Shown here one piece after another: positions 62,834 to 64,000 of a stretch of 64,000 nt of DNA. Made by a program: the position numbers and the translations under genes. Location: contig CATNEN010000032.1 in the NCBI GenBank assembly GCA_950097015.1, forward strand, positions 2,170,001-2,234,000, written 5' to 3'. Each line of letters starts with the position of its first letter. Position 1 is the first letter of the stretch. The notes beneath the pieces were generated by a model. That model saw only the letters and a program-made list of their open reading frames with translations, was not told the origin of the DNA and searched no databases. This stretch comes from Macrostomum hystrix (Eukaryota; Animalia; Platyhelminthes).

Positions 62834-63543
62834 AATCAGAACGCAGACTGGCACTCGCAAATGAAAGGCTGCATGTTGGTGCAGACATTGTCGTCGACTC
62901 ACCCATCGGGAAAGTTCCTCCACAAATCGGCGCATGTGGGACCACTGAGTCCGTTGGGCTCGCCAGCGTGCCAGACGTTGGGGTCGATTTGCTGATTGCA
63001 GGCGGTCCAGACCCAGTTGGCCTTGATCCGCGAATCGATGCCAATTGGCCAAGCTCCGCGAAGGTGCAGTCTGCTGCTTCAGGTAGCGGAGACACCGGGC
63101 TTCATCGAGATCATCTTGTTTATTAGGCTTGGTAAAAAAAACGCACGATTTGGTGAACTGTTTTCTATAGTCGAAAAACTCACGTGGAGAGAACTCCAAG
63201 GCAGTGGTATTATATTTAGCCTTCAGCTTGAGGTGTGTGGGGTCTGATGTTAAATGTTTGAATGTACGCATGCAATCAATCGATAGGGGTGGGTGCAAGG
63301 GGGTAGAAAAACAGGGTCGATCCGCCCGTGACTTTCAGACGAACACCACCTCGCTCAAACGCAAATCTAACAAACAGACGGGCTGCAAAAGTACATTTAC
63401 CTCAAAACCACACCTGCATCCGAAAACTTGGACAGTCCCGGATCAGAACTGCAGGCCAGGTTGGCATTGGCCAATGGTTGAGGAAGTCACGACCTTGTAT
63501 GCGGTGCTGTATGCTGGCATGCTGGTAACCAGGTGGACACAGT
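62834..63543 (-). pseudogene. Decayed, 5'-truncated paralogue of the C-type lectin at 57857-58633
   Basis: Clear nucleotide homology from CPPGYQH to FICECQSAF*; frameshifts, loss of the FYIGGYL segment, in-frame TGA (FPDG*VDD) and a 299-nt GT-AG insertion at 63115-63413. Confidence 0.85.
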
Positions 63544-64000
63544 GAAAAAACACAAAAACAAAAACAGTAAGAAATCCTCAATTCTTATAATAAAATATAT
63601 ATCACATGGCTCTGTGTGACTAATCGTTTTACCTCGTTTCAGCCCTCTGCAGCCTATCCATATTGGTATATTGTAGTTAACCCCGCCACCCCAGCAAAAG
63701 AAGTCGAAGCAGCAAAGCGGCGGTGGCACAAAGCAGCGCGAGGAGGGGAAAGCGACCCCTTCCAATGCCGATATATTTGAAAGTCTAGACGAAGCCAAAG
63801 GCGAAATTATTGCGTGGTTCTAAAAGTAATTAAGGTGGAAAGTTGAAATTAAAAATAGAAGAAAAAAAATTGTCGATGCGACACGCGAGCCAAAGCACGG
63901 CACGCGGGTATATAAAACCCCACCCCCCATAAGGGGTGGGTGAGTAAGCAGCGAGAGAAAAGGGGGTGGGTGGATAACACCCATTACACAACAGGCCCTT

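Overview
Eukaryotic (animal) genomic DNA: GC-rich exons separated by introns and intergenic DNA packed with about 30 unrelated minisatellite arrays. The style resembles a free-living flatworm such as Macrostomum, but that is inference only. All long ORFs in the track above ~300 aa are repeat artefacts; the real genes are spliced. Genes supported: last exon of an SLC5 Na+/solute symporter (+, 821-1150); a PDZRN3/PDZRN4/PDZD4(Slip1)-like PDZ gene (+, 21023-23975, with candidate upstream PDZ exons at 6651 and 10524); an orphan spliced ORF (+, 31781-33524); arfaptin (-, 41539-49938); a quiver/sleepless-like Ly6 GPI protein absent from the ORF track (-, 51661-52854); CCDC61/VFL3 (+, 55311-56696); a secreted PAN-like + C-type lectin (-, 57857-58633) and a decayed paralogue (-, 62834-63543). 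Mobile DNA: two copies of a tRNA-derived SINE; a ~250-bp Penelope-type insert carrying a minimal hammerhead ribozyme inside a (GATA)n tract; a 1.3-kb long-inverted-repeat element with a THAP domain; and an intron-containing, disrupted Crypton-type tyrosine-recombinase gene. Best leads: the hammerhead insert, the THAP/Crypton cluster between the lectin duplicates, an intron present in only one lectin copy, identical 15-nt acceptors in front of two divergent genes (possible trans-splicing), two identical perfect RFX X-boxes inside putative exons, and an array of ~40 consensus 5' splice sites in a probable 3' UTR.
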